DNA of 56,460 bases, filler included, from Squatina squatina (lineage: Eukaryota), in the NCBI GenBank assembly GCA_031763465.1. It is 3 parts of 3 records of this genome, joined end to end, with 100 filler letters (N's around TTAATTAATTAA, not from the genome) between each part and the next. Parts side by side here need not be neighbours in the genome. Positions count along the whole stretch, not along the records: positions 18,016 to 37,818 come from JARFOE010000189.1; 2 more parts are not named here. One strand, 5' to 3'. Position 1 is the first letter of the stretch; each line of letters opens with the position of its first letter. Made by a program: the position numbers and the translations under genes. Of the stretch, positions 25,347-37,918 are shown piece by piece. The notes below the pieces were generated by a model that made no database searches, was not told the DNA's origin, and saw only the letters and a list, made by a program, of their open reading frames with translations.

Positions 25347-25680
25347 ACTAATAATCCAGAGAATGTGAGTCCAAAGCCCAACCATGGCAGTTTGTGCTTT
25401 TGAATTCAGTTTAACAAAAAATCTGGAAAATAAAAAGCTGGTATCAGTAAAAAGTGACTGTGAAGCTGTTGGATCGTTGTAAAAACTGAACTGGTTCACT
25501 AATGTCCTTTAGGGAAGGAAACCTGCCGTCCAATGTGATTGATACGGCCTAGTAATCCACTCCGTTGTATCAAACAGCGGTTCAAGAAGCCCACCACCAC
25601 CTTCTCAGGGCACCGAGGGATGGGCAATAAATGCTGGCCTTGCCAGCGATGCCCACATCCCAAGAATGAATTAAAAAATG
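25347..25680 (+). mobile_element. tRNA-headed SINE (second family) with LINE-derived tail; another head at 32935-33064
   Basis: ACTAATAATCCAGAGAATGTGAGTCCAAAGCCCAACCATGGCAG head, similar to 32965-33050. The 3' about 100 nt match the tail of the LINE at 36350-36460. Confidence 0.7.
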
Positions 25681-26895
25681 CCCAGCTCAGAAATAATTTC
25701 GACCCTTATATGCATTTAGATACAGATGTTTGAAAGAATGCCCTGTTAAATTGGCCAGTTTATCACATGTCCTATATTGTGAAACACCTACCCAAATCAT
25801 ATGTTCGGATTGAAGACTTTATTTTCATGGCGTTTGATGGAGAAACACCATCTTTTTTTTTGCTATTTCAAATTGTCGGTGTCTGAGTTATATTATGCTA
25901 ATCCATCCTGATTCTCTGTGACAGGTTTAAAAAAAGGAGAAATAATTAAGTAGAGCCTTCAAGCACTTGAAAGAAAGCTGGCTGTGAAATANNNNNNNNN
26001 NGTGAGTACTATTCAATTATCATTTAGGGGAAATACTCAAGATGTCAACTTAAACACCCTGAAGCAAATAAGTTCTACACACCATTTATTTAGCACATCA
26101 ATCATATACCTCTATTAACCTCCTGCGGGGAAAGTAGTTATGGCTGATTGAATTTCTTTTGTGGGCCATTTTGCACATTTTAAACGTTTCTGCCTTGCCA
26201 CTGACCATTTTGAATCAAGAAATCATTTGGTGTTACATTGAAGATAAGCTGATACAGTTTTGAATGAAACTTTCCATTATGGGTGAGAAAAGAACCTATT
26301 TAAGATATTTCCATCTTTAGAAAAATATTGGCGAACAGTCAGTCTTTTGTTCTGCTGGGACTGCGCAACCATTTGTAATTAATTTATCGAGTTTCTCCTC
26401 AACTAATTTCACCTCCAAAGTACCTTTAGTCAATACAAAAAAAAAACACTGCATTTTGTTGTGTGAACTATCTCTTGCCCTGCTGAATGTAAACTAATAT
26501 AATCAGCGTACCTCCATCATTTTAAGTTGGTGGAGGAATTATTCTGACAGCAGTGATCCCATGAAGAAACGTTTGAACAGGCCGCCAGGGTTTGTTGGTT
26601 ATCGTCTTTTTGTGAAATGGGTGATGAAGTAAAGAGCAATTTGCACAAAGGAGATTATTTGACTAGTGTCTGCGGCATCAGGGAGGGGGCAGCCTGGATC
26701 CGTGTGCTTTGAGGAAGCTCTGTCAGGATTAATGTGCCTCCATTGATTTAACCCCACATGGGTTCCTCCCCCTCGATGCTGCTCTGGCTGGAGAGTTGGG
26801 GTGCCTGCTACAGGAATCAGTTGCCAGGCTGCTGCAAACTCCTCCACGGGCCAGTGAACAATTTGCTAAACCTCTTGCTCTGCCTGTTTTCCCAG

Positions 26896-27083
26896 AAAGC
26901 GCCCCTGAGCTCCAGAGCAATGATATTGAAGATCTCAACTCCATTAAAAGCAGGTTCTCGCTGCGGACTGTGTCGGAGCCGGATGAGGACGAGTGTTATA
27001 TAATCCCCGGACAAGTGGACTCTCTGAACAAATGCAACTTCAACACAACCACCAAGACTTTCCTAATCATCCATGGCTGGAGT
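26896..27083 (+). CDS. Lipoprotein lipase-like (LPL/LIPG/LIPC family) coding exon 2
   Basis: CTGTTTTCCCAG|(E)SAPELQSNDIEDLNSIKSRFSLRTVSEPDEDECYIIPGQVDSLNKCNFNTTTKTFLIIHGWS|GTGAGT, 188 nt, phase 1/0 as in LPL exon 2. It matches [27 protein letters not shown]...CHFNHSSKTFMVIHGWT and keeps both Cys, the N-glycosylation sequon (NTT) and the HGW motif. No other lipase exons were recognised. Confidence 0.9.
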
Positions 27084-27220
27084 GTGAGTGCTTTAAACTG
27101 ACTATACACAGCATGGGGTTNNNNNNNNNNNNNNNNNNNNNNNNNNNNNNNNNNNNNNNNNNNNNNNNNNNNNNNNNNNNNNNNNNNNNNNNNNNNNNNN
27201 NNNNNNNNNNNNNNNNNNNN

Positions 27221-27297
27221 TGATCATATTGAATGGCGGTGCAGGCTCGAAGGGCCTAATGGCCTACTCCTGGACCTATTTTCTATGTTTCTATGTT
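27221..27297 (+). repeat. CR1-type 3' tail (similar tails at 29030-29177 and 41775-41922)
   Basis: TGAATGGCGGTGCAGGCTCGAAGGGCCTAATGGCCTACTCCT...CTATGTTTCTATG. Confidence 0.7.
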
Positions 27298-28641
27298 GTC
27301 CCTTTACATAGGTTTCTCAATGAAAACAATGTACCAGTGTTAATTTATATGTTAAGTAAACTATATTCCACTTTTTTGCCTGAAGTGTGTTCATTCTATA
27401 GAGAATTATCAGAAAATGATATGGTCATCACATATAAAAGAACAAAGTTGCATATTAGAATCTCAGTTTTGTAAACCACAACTTGTTTGTGGTATGAAAA
27501 AAGTGAATGAAACCCTATTATTAAAACCTGGATCTAATACACTTCAACAGGAGCATTTAGTCACACCCTGATCAAAGGCAGACATTCTCTTCAAAGTGAT
27601 TGTAGGGTATATAAAGATAATAAGGGAAAATGATAGATTTATTTAAGGGGTCACACTTTGATGCTGGGTTTTAATAGCAATGATGTTTCTGAGAAATGTG
27701 AGCGAATGCAGATTTCATTATTTCCAGAGATAACTCATAAACCAAGAAAGCTAGGGACAAAGTCAAATTAAGGTCAGCTACAATAGTTTGTTCAAGGGCA
27801 AAAGGATCTGCAGTTTTCCCTTTTAATTGTAACTTCTATTTTTGTAAATTACACAGATTACATAAGCCTTGTTTACCCTTATTACTGATGTTTATTTCCT
27901 CTTGTTTACCAGATGAAAGAAACAAAGATGAAAGAGAGTGGTCTACTCTTAGTGCATCTAAGACCAACAGACAATGGCAACCTCATTGCAAGGTGAAACT
28001 GTTACTCTTACAGGAGCTCAAATAGAACAACGTCTTCATTTTAAAAGCACTTACAGAAAGACCATTCAATCAAGACACTCCAGAGAATATGTGCTGTTCA
28101 GAGCTGTCTGCTGTTTTGTTTAGATTAACAGTATTGTAAATGCAAAGAATACCCAATAGGCCAGTTATGGTACAGATTTTGAATTGATGCATAGTGGTTT
28201 CAGCACTAATGTAAAATGGATGGTACAATCCCAGTGCAACTTTACCTACATTGCATTTTAGCAGGTGACGTGGGATGAATTTGAGGAGGTGCACAGGGCG
28301 TACTATAACTGCAAACCAGTGCAACTCCAATATTTGAGCCTTTTTAACCTTTTTAATGAACGGATTATACTGCTGGCTTTTTGTTAAAATATAACCATCA
28401 TCGTTGGGTGCTGGTGAGCAGATCTCTGTACTTCTGGGCAAGCGAGCAAACACCAGCATTCTGATCTCACAGCCAAGAGCTGAGCAGAGGTGACAGTGTC
28501 AAATCCATCAGCACCACACTGCCTCGAGAAGATAGTGTTATNNNNNNNNNNNNNNNNNNNNNNNNNNNNNNNNNNNNNNNNNNNNNNNNNNNNNNNNNNN
28601 NNNNNNNNNNNNNNNNNNNNNNNNNNNNNNNNNNNNNNNNN

Positions 28642-29012
28642 GAGATAGAGAGGAGGGAGACAATGGAGGGATTTGAAAACACGGATGAGGATTTTAAAAT
28701 TGAGGCATTGTCAGACTGAGAGCCAGTGAACGTCAGCAAGCACAGGGGTAATGGGTGAAAGAGATTTCAAGTGAGTTAAGATACGGCCCTCAGAGTTTTG
28801 GATGAGCACAAGTATATATAGGGTGGAAGATTGGAGGCCGGCTAGGAGAGCATTGGAATGGTCAAGTCTGGAGGTAACAATTGCATGGCTGAGGGTTTCA
28901 GCAGCAGGTGAGCTGAGGCAGGTTCGGAGTCAAGCAATGTTACGGAGGTGGAAGTCAGCAGTTTTGCCGATGGAGTGGATATATGGCTGAAAAGTTATTT
29001 CGGGGTCAAACA
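28642..29012 (-). mobile_element. L2 LINE RT C-terminal fragment
   Basis: Reverse complement reads FHLRNIA...AETLSHAIVTSRLDHSNALLAGL, typical of L2 ORF2. Confidence 0.75.
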
Positions 29013-30080
29013 CAATTGAAAATTGCAAAACTAAGTTTGATAGATTTATGTTAGGTACGGATATTCATGAATATGGAGCCAAGCTGTGTCAATGGAGTTG
29101 AGATACAGATCAGCTATGATCTAATTGAATGGTGAACAGACTCAAGGGGCTGAATGGCCTCCTCATGTTCCTATGTAAAAGTGAGAGATGAATTGAATAT
29201 TGACATTTGCTGACTATGGTGGCAGACACAAATAATAATAGCTGGACCTGTGATAAATAGAATTAAGAATGATAGTGCAACACATAATTTATGTGAATAT
29301 AAGAAAGCATGGAAGAAGCAAGTTTGGTCCATATCTTCTCCCCATTCCTGGAATGCCTGCTAGAGACATGAGATCATACTCATTCAAGTAATTTAGCAAT
29401 CGTCATGGGGACCGATTTTTTACAGGAACAGAGAGCCCTTGATTATATGATTTACCCACAATCCATAGTGCAAAAAAAGATATAATGGTAACCAGGTGTT
29501 GTAAGGAATTAAGCACAAAGTAATCTGACCAGAGGAATAAATAACAGCTGAAAAACATTCATAGTAATTAAAGGGGGAAAAGAGCAATGAAAAGTAATGA
29601 AAAAATGACTTCACCTCTGGAGCTTAGATCCTCTTTTATAAATATTGCTGATTCCACGGGCAATAATGAGAACTTGTGCCTATGTTACTTTCTCTGCCTT
29701 CATTGTGGTAAATCTCCTTTCTGATTATTCCTCCATAATTAAGCACTTTGTTTCCCTGAGTGGCTTCATCCAGTGGCCCAAAAGACCCACCTTTTGGAAA
29801 AAAGTTGGGATAAGAAATTGAGTTCAACAATAGATTGTTAGTTCCACACTGGGTGACGAATTGCTTTGGCCACTGCGTATAGTGGCAACATAGACGCATT
29901 GAACAAAGAATGGCCTTGAACTTATGCTGAAGGATATTAGAGCACCAATGTTTAATGCACTTGTACCAAGTTTATCTCTCNNNNNNNNNNNNNNNNNNNN
30001 NNNNNNNNNNNNNNNNNNNNNNNNNNNNNNNNNNNNNNNNNNNNNNNNNNNNNNNNNNNNNNNNNNNNNNNNNNNNNNNN

Positions 30081-30612
30081 GCAGAGTCCTCAATGTCACT
30101 TGTATGGGGTTCGAAAGGAGTGTTTATGATTTTCCCAGCATCTCTCACAAGGAATACTCACTGTGCAAGCGCATAGGAGGCTGGGGACCAAGTGGACCCG
30201 AGCGGCGATACAACAGTGAGCTGGAGCTGGAACTGGAGCTCATGGTCATGGTCACTTTGGCAATGCGTTGACGCCACAAGAGAAGGCCCTGTTCATGCGA
30301 GTTGTGCGTTTTGAACCTCCCGCGTCCATGACAAGGCCCAGAGACAGAGTCAACAGGAGGGCAGTGACTTGGCAGGGCCCCGACATGATCCTCGGACCCC
30401 CCCCGCTGCCATCCACACGCAAAGTGTCCGGTATTCTTGAGTTCCGTCAGTGGCCACCCTACTCCCGGCTGATTCAGGCGGGAGCCTTGGCCGCCTAACA
30501 GAAAGCCCCTGGAAATCTGACAATGGAGCGGGAACATGGAGGGATGTCCGCCACCTCCATTTGAACTCTGCTATTGCCTTACTTCCGCCAGCAGCGGAAG
30601 CAAAAATTTCCT
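30081..30612. mobile_element. GC-rich DNA-transposon remnant (Harbinger-like end)
   Basis: GC/CpG-rich block ending CTTCCGCCAGCAGCGGAAGCAAAAATTTCC; LTPQEKAL motif. Assignment is tentative. Confidence 0.4.
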
Positions 30613-32292
30613 CTGTCATTTTTGAATCACCTATGGGCATAACAACATTTGGTGTGTTCTGTTAAATAGAAACACGGACGCACCTTTAAAGAATATGGTA
30701 CTAAAGTAAGTTTTAATTTGTTGCTTTTCATTGAGGCTGCTGGCTAAAATGATATAATCACTGTCTGGCCTGTTGGGACAACTAACATATTTTGCTGCTC
30801 ACAGGTGAGTTAAAGCATGCCAAGTCCGTCGAAGTTTCTTATTAACAGGCATAATTATAACATGGCTTTCAAGCAGAAGTAATTAAAATGATCACATCTA
30901 CAGTGATTTCCAGAATTAAACCATGNNNNNNNNNNNNNNNNNNNNNNNNNNNNNNNNNNNNNNNNNNNNNNNNNNNNNNNNNNNNNNNNNNNNNNNNNNN
31001 NNNNNNNNNNNNNNNNNNNNNNNNNTTGTTGTTATTCTTCTTTTACATTTGTTGAGAAGTGTTGTTTCCCTGCAACTTTCAGCTGTAGTGGGTCAAATGT
31101 GAACTTCTTAACAGACAGACAATACAATAGGCTGTGGGTTTTCTCCTGCAGTTTCTCCCATAGGTTTGTAAACTCATCTGGGCTGCTGAGAAAAGTAGCG
31201 TGTGAAGGTTTAGGACTTTCAATCAAGAAGAGAGAGAAAGAAAAAAAGATAACATGCAAGTTATGGCATACTATTAGCACACACACCCTCGGGACCTGTT
31301 CAAGTGCAGGGCAGACAGAGTCCTGCTTGGCAGGAGAATGACGTACGGTACTGCAAACGCCTAAAAAGAAAGGATAAAATCTAAATGAAGAGGCAAAGGC
31401 CATTAGTGTCGGCCACTGCCAAGGCTGGAAGGAACAGGAGAAAAGACAAAATAAATCATTAAGTTGTAATTAAGGAACATCAAGCTTGGGTGAAAAGTTC
31501 AAGAGTGACCATGAGGCTGAGGGAAAGGGGGANNNNNNNNNNNNNNNNNNNNNNNNNNNNNNNNNNNNNNNNNNNNNNNNNNNNNNNNNNNNNNNNNNAA
31601 ATATTGTTTAAAATACATGTTTAAAACTGAAACAAACTATTTAAGTTCTTCAAATTTTTTGAAATGCTGTTATTATTACTCATTTATAATAGTCAGAGAT
31701 TATGAGAAAGATGCAGCTTAAAATATTAAAAGGAAAATGTTAAAAAGGGAAGAAAGACTTGAAGCCTATTCTGTGGTATGCAACCAATTTTCAGAAATAT
31801 TACGGTTGCATATATGCACATCACTTTTGATTGCATTTATATGAGAGGAACATGATTAGCAAGTTAAATATACAGTAATACTCTCTCCACTATCCTACAA
31901 TCGCTATTTCCCAGCATACTTTCCACACTGTGGAAGAAAAAAAGTCCTTAAAATGGTACTTTTAAGATTGCTGTGCGATAGAGGCTGCAGCAGTAATTAT
32001 GAGCACTGAAGCATGGAATCAATACATAATGCCTATTTAGATATAGCAGATTAACTTAACTACCACGTTTAATGGTCTCTAAGCGCTTTCCAAAAAAAAT
32101 TCTTCAATCATCTTTTTTTAATTTTGCTGCTTTACACATTCTTATTTGGTTTTCCCGTGACTCAGCAGCAGTTTTGAATTAATTTCTGATAGCGGGCCAC
32201 ATGATTATGATATTTGAGCTGTACATTCTTCACCACCCTTTGTCCTCTGTCTGGCTAAGTGCATCTGTTTGCCGGCATTTCACTATGGAAAG

Positions 32293-32342
32293 GGGCTAGA
32301 TTTTCCACCCATTGACTTTGAATGGGCGAAGAAATCTAGTCC
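32293..32342. repeat. About 50-bp mini-palindrome
   Basis: GGGCTAGATTTTCCACCCATT-GACTTTG-AATGGGCGAAGAAATCTAGTCC. Confidence 0.7.
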
Positions 32343-35300
32343 ATTAAGGTAAAGTACAGACTACAACACGCAGCACTGTAGGCCATTTACTAAGCATCAA
32401 ATGACTGTCAGACACAATAGGGTCAATTTTGCTCTGATTGCGCAGACACAGAAAGGGCACAAGGGGATCGAATAATTATGTGAGCAGGCCTAAGGCTTGT
32501 TTTGAGCAACATGATTTTCCACAATGGCTGCATTTTGTGTGCTGCAGAGCGCACAATTCAGGGTGTGCTTTATAGATTCGGGCTCCCGACACCAAGCTTC
32601 GCCTGTCAGGAATGCATATCGGGAATTTGATCAGGGAAGTAGGCAGCCCCTGAAGAATTTTCTAACCAAAGTTCAATTTATTGCAGCATTTCAGAAAGTG
32701 CAGGGGACGTTGATGAGAGTTGCGTGGCCGTTTGACTAGCATATTCCTGCTCCTCCTCTGCCACAACCACTTGCTCTGTTTTACCTGCTTCAATTAGGAT
32801 TAGTATTCTGGAAGAATGGGCCCAGAGGACATTCTTCATCCAAACCTATCTTGCAACAGTTGGTTACATAAATAGGTGCTTTGGCCTAAAAGGAGAATCA
32901 TTATTGGGTTCATTTCAAGATGGTAGTCACATGGCTGGTATGGTGGCATAGTGGTTATGTTACTGAACTAGTAATTTCAGAGGCTTAGACTAATGCTCTG
33001 GTGTCATGAGTTCCAGTCCCATGATAGCAGCTGTGGAATTTAAGTTCAATTCAACAAATTTGGANNNNNNNNNNNNNNNNNNNNNNNNNNNNNNNNNNNN
33101 NNNNNNNNNNNNNNNNNNNNNNNNNNNNNNNNNNNNNNNNNNNNNNNNNNNNNNNNNNNNNNNNGCTGAGGCCAGGACATGCTGAATTAATTTTAGAAAC
33201 TGTTAAATTCTGTAAAGCTGAGGCAGTGGGGTTGCTAACCAAGAGCGGTGAGATCAAATGGGTCAAAGGGAAGGCCCTAATTTGCGAATTCAGGTATGAA
33301 GCTAACTGTGCAAGAGGCTTTTTTAATGAAATAGAATGGTGAATAAATTGCAAATTGCTGTAATGAATATACAATCACTGAAAAACTATCTACTTCTGCG
33401 ATCATTTTAATAATATAACAGTTATGTGCTACTTTACATATACAGCTAATTTATGGTGATTAAGCAAATTAAAAAGTAAATCTATGAGAGCTATAAAATA
33501 AGTATTTTCTCAATCGTTCTATTTATGTAAGCTGTTTATAACATTAACACTGCACAAAGCAGTAATTATCTTCAAACATCAGAAGCATATGGTGCTGTAC
33601 CATTAAGATGTTTTTTTTTCCTCCTACCTAATTATTCATATCACAGTCATTTCATGTTTACACATCATTTTAAGTTCTTCAATGGTTAAATTCCATTTTA
33701 CTTTTAATAACATTTAGAACTCGCTCAAATTCAGGTAAACAAAATTTGATTGCTTTGATGGATTGAAAATGGTTCGCCCTGTAAGAGCTTATTTGATTTG
33801 TTTCTTCAGGGATTACAAAGAATGGAATGCTATCTCCAAACAGACAACGGCATAAGCTCTGCGTATCTGCAAAAAGCCCGTGTATAACCAACTCAGCACA
33901 GAGATAGGCTGCTCTTCACAGAATGAAAACAACAATTCCATATTTGAGCGGATCTGCAGCTGTTAGCCCTAAAATGGATATGCTTGCTTACCCAAAAAAC
34001 AACTGTCGAAACAAGTAATATTATAAAGGTCAGCAGATTCCCCTTCTGCCCTCTAAACACACACCAGAATTACTCTTTATTTTTCCTAATTCTCTATTTG
34101 TTTCTCCTGGGCCACTGGTGTGGGTATTTTTACTATGGGCCTGTTTTAGAGGGAGTGGAGCATGCGAGCATCAAACCTGCTTGACATCATTTGTTTGGGG
34201 CCCAGGCTAATTTAACTCCCGGACCTCATTTGCATCCGATTGGTAGGCTGCCCACCCAATCGGGTTGGGAAAGAAAGACCTGCCTGCTTTCCAGGCAGGA
34301 TTNNNNNNNNNNNNNNNNNNNNNNNNNNNNNNNNNNNNNNNNNNNNNNNNNNNNNNNNNNNNNNNNNNNNNNNNNNNNNNNNNNNNNNNNNNNNNNNNNN
34401 NNCCACTAAGACTTGTGTTGAATATCATAATGCAGAAGTGGAAGAATGTAGGAAATCCTGGAACTGTTCTATTTTTTCAGTATTCTGTTTAAAAAAAAAA
34501 GCCCTGTAATCCTGTTACATTTGCTGCTTTGGTGCAACATCACTCCTGGCATCCCTGAAAGGGTTCATTTAGTCTTTTTCTTTTTATCTGCCTCAATAGT
34601 TATAAAACGTGAGCATGGATTTAAACCTTCTTGTAAAATATAAATGTATTGGTGTGTTTAAAGCTGCTTGAAAGAACAACCTCTGAAAAGTTAATTGGCT
34701 TTGAACCTCTCACTGCCAGGCACAGCAACAATGCTACAGTGAAAACCACCTGATTAATGTTTTCAAACATTAAAAGACTATGCAGTAGGTACAGTGCTTA
34801 GTTTATTACTGTTCTGTTAGAATCAAATGTTTCCTCATCTGGAGGGAAAAAACCCCACATTGCTAGGGTTGAAACAGTCAGGTGAACAGGTGATCTTTTC
34901 CTAGTTCATTAATGTCAGTCTTGAGTTCAATTTCAATGGTATCTAAACTTCCGGACTTAAACCTGAGATTTCAGCTGAATAACTACATCAGCTTAATCTG
35001 GTATTTAATTAAGTAGAGGTCAGGCCTTGGGGTCAACTGACTAGTGATCTCAATCGAAGACAAGTAGGCCACACAATGGGTGCATTTAAGGGCTATAGAT
35101 AGAGATGAGGATTGGGTGGAGTAGAAACAGGCTATCTGATTAAACATGTTGTATAAAGTAAGTACTGTGAAGGATGCCAGTAATAAAATCCTGGCATTGA
35201 ATTGGAAGTCAGTGGTGCATTGCACTGCTTTAACCACTAGGTAGCAGAGCGTGACAAGGAGACCAGTTGCCCTCGTAAAATGATGCTTATGGAGAGCTGA

Positions 35301-35629
35301 GAGCTGTTGCAGAAGTTAATGGGGTAGATATTGGGCCTAATTGCGTCCATCTTATGGGTATAAAATGGGCGCAAGACCCACTTTTGGTGATCGATATCCT
35401 GTGCTTGAAAAATGACCAACACAACATTGGGTCAGGCCATTTTTCTGGCTCCCTACAGAGTAGCTAAGGAGAAACTGTTTCCACCGGCAGGAGATAGAAA
35501 AATGCTCTGAACTAGTTAGGGGTACAAATTGGACCTTTGTGTGCCTGTTCCATGGGTATAGATTTAAGATAATTGGCAAAAGAACCAAGGGGGAGGTGAG
35601 AAGAAATCTTTTGACGCAGCATGTTGCTA

Positions 35630-36460
35630 TGATGCAAGACCTGGACGACATTCAGACTTGGGCTGATAAGTGGCAAGTAACATTCATGTCTTACAAGTGC
35701 CAGGCAATGAGTACCTCCAACACAAGAGAGTCTAACCACATTGACATTCAATGGCATTACCATTGCCGAATCCCCCACCATCAACATCCTGGCGGTCACT
35801 ATTGACCAGAAACTAAACTGGATCAGCCACATAAATACTGTGGCTACAAGAACAGGTCAGAGGTTGGATATTCTGCGGTAAGTGTCTCACCTCCTGACTC
35901 CCCAAAGCCTTTCCACCATCTACAAGGCACAAGTCAGGAGGGGGATGGAATACTCTCCACTTGCCTGGATGAGTGCAGCTCCAACAACACTCAAGAAGCT
36001 CGATACCATCCAGGAAAAAGCACTCCGCTTGATTGGTGCGCCATCCACCACCTTAAACATTCACTCCCTCCACCAACAGCACACTGTGTACCATCTACAA
36101 TATACACTGCAGCAACTGGCCAAGGCTTCTTCGGCAGCACCTCCCAAACCCACNNNNNNNNNNACGACCTCTACCATCGAGAAGGACAAGGGCAGCAGGC
36201 GCATGGGGACAGCACCACTTGCAAGCTTCCCTCCAGATCACATACCATCCTGACTTGGAAATGTATCATCATTCCTTCTTCGTCGCTTGGTCAAAATCCC
36301 AGAATTCCCTCCCTAACAACACTGTGGGAGTACCTTCACTACAAGGACTGCAGCGGTTCAAGAAAGCGACTTAGCACCATCCTTTCAAGAGTAATTAGGG
36401 ATGGGCAATAAATGCAGGCCTTGCCAGCAACACCCACATCCCTGGAACAAATTTAAAAAA
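35630..36460 (+). mobile_element. CR1-related LINE (second family) RT C-terminus and 3' tail
   Basis: QDLDDIQTWADKWQVTF...KCQAM and LSTIYKAQVRRGMEYSPLAW. Tail GGGATGGGCAATAAATGCAGGCCTTGCCAGC...AAAAAA. Confidence 0.85.
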
Positions 36461-36464
36461 GGAG

Positions 36465-36555
36465 CATGTAAATTGGAAAGCTCTTTCAAAGAGCCAGGCA
36501 CGACGGGCTGATTGGCCTCCTTCTGTACTGTGAAATTTGATGATTCTATTCTATG
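36465..36555 (+). mobile_element. CR1 3' tail fragment
   Basis: GGGCTGATTGGCCTCCTTCTGTACTGTG...TGATTCTATTCTATG; apparently resumes the CR1 fragment at 35545-35630 after the inserted LINE. Confidence 0.55.
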
Positions 36556-37071
36556 AAGAAAGAGTGACAGAAATAAAAGTGAGGGAGCAGAATGTAAAAC
36601 AGATACGAAAAATATTTACTACTTCCCTGAGCTGGAAGGGTGGGCTTTTAGAAGCCTGAAGAAGTTTAAAACAGTGACTTAGATAGATTTGGACAAATTA
36701 ATTGTTAAGAATAAGAGTTGGCTTAAGATGTGTGGGTGAGGGAGGAGTGTGATACCCCTACTATTATTTGTTGATGATTGCCATTATGTTTTACATGTTT
36801 GCACTTCACATGAGGAATTAAAGAAGTAGAAAGTTAATCTTGGTGGAAAAATCCAAACATATAAGGGCTGATCTCACAGTCACATACTCCCAACAGGGAG
36901 CTGCACCCTCAGAGAGCATGGGTTAGAGAATCAGGCCTACAATGTTGTAGCCCTTTCTCTGGCTCACTCCCTTTGAACACAGCTTTCCCACTGGGTTTAC
37001 AGGTTTATAGAATTAATCCTGTAATATTGAGGATTCATTAAAGTTTTTACCATGCTATTCCTTCCTTTAGT

Positions 37072-37265
37072 ACAGAGAATCGTAGAATCTTACAGCACAG
37101 AAGGAGGCCATTTGGCCCATCATGCCTGTGCCAGGTTTTTGAAAGAGTTGTCCAATTTAGTGTCACACCCCAACTTTTTCCTCATAATCCTGCAAGTTAG
37201 TTCTCTTCAAGTACATGTCCAATTGCCCTTTGAAGGTTCCTATGGAATCTGCTTCCGCCACCCTT
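37072..37265 (-). mobile_element. CR1 3' tail fragment
   Basis: AGAATCGTAGAATCTTACAGCACAGAAGGAGGCCATTTGGCCCATC is the reverse complement of the tail type at 36500-36555. Confidence 0.6.
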
Positions 37266-37818
37266 AGTGTGTTCCAGATCAAACTGATTTCAGCTTGGCA
37301 AACGTCTAGTGAAGAAAAACTTAAAAAAGCTATTCCGGAGTGTTACTATACACCAGTTTCCCGGATAAAAATCTCACCGTATTTTATGTGCTGCAGGTTC
37401 CTCACGAACACAATTCACCATTCCAATAATTCCTGAATTGCCACAGTTAGTGGCCATAAGCCAGATTGGCTCCGCTGAAGGTTCTTCTAACATGGTCTGC
37501 AAGAAGAAAAATAAAAACTTTCATAGGACCCAGCATGTCCCACAGCATTTAGGGGGCCCAATTGGACTGGGCCAAAATCGTTGCAGCATTCAGAGCCCCC
37601 TAGCAGTGGGGGCACCTTGCTGGCAGCGAGGCTCGGAGAAGCGGAATTAGTGACTTTGTCAGCATGCCGGCCAATGCTGTGTCACTGCCAGGTTGCACCG
37701 GCAGCGTGGCTCACGCCATGCTGGTGGCACTACCGCGCATGCGCAAGCCACGGCCCCGCCCCCTGCCTTAAAGGGAAGGGCCGCAGGCTTGCATGGGTAA
37801 GTGGGACCCGGGTCCTGG

Positions 37819-37918
37819 NNNNNNNNNNNNNNNNNNNNNNNNNNNNNNNNNNNNNNNNNNNNTTAATTAATTAANNNNNNNNNNNNNNNNNNNNNNNNNN
37901 NNNNNNNNNNNNNNNNNN
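37819..37918. other. Artificial scaffold linker N44-TTAATTAATTAA-N44
   Basis: Identical construction to 17916-18015. Confidence 0.95.

Noticed and set aside
26796-26895. ORF-track N-terminal extension of the lipase ORF
   Set aside because: Lies upstream of the splice acceptor, starts at a non-ATG codon, and is intronic.
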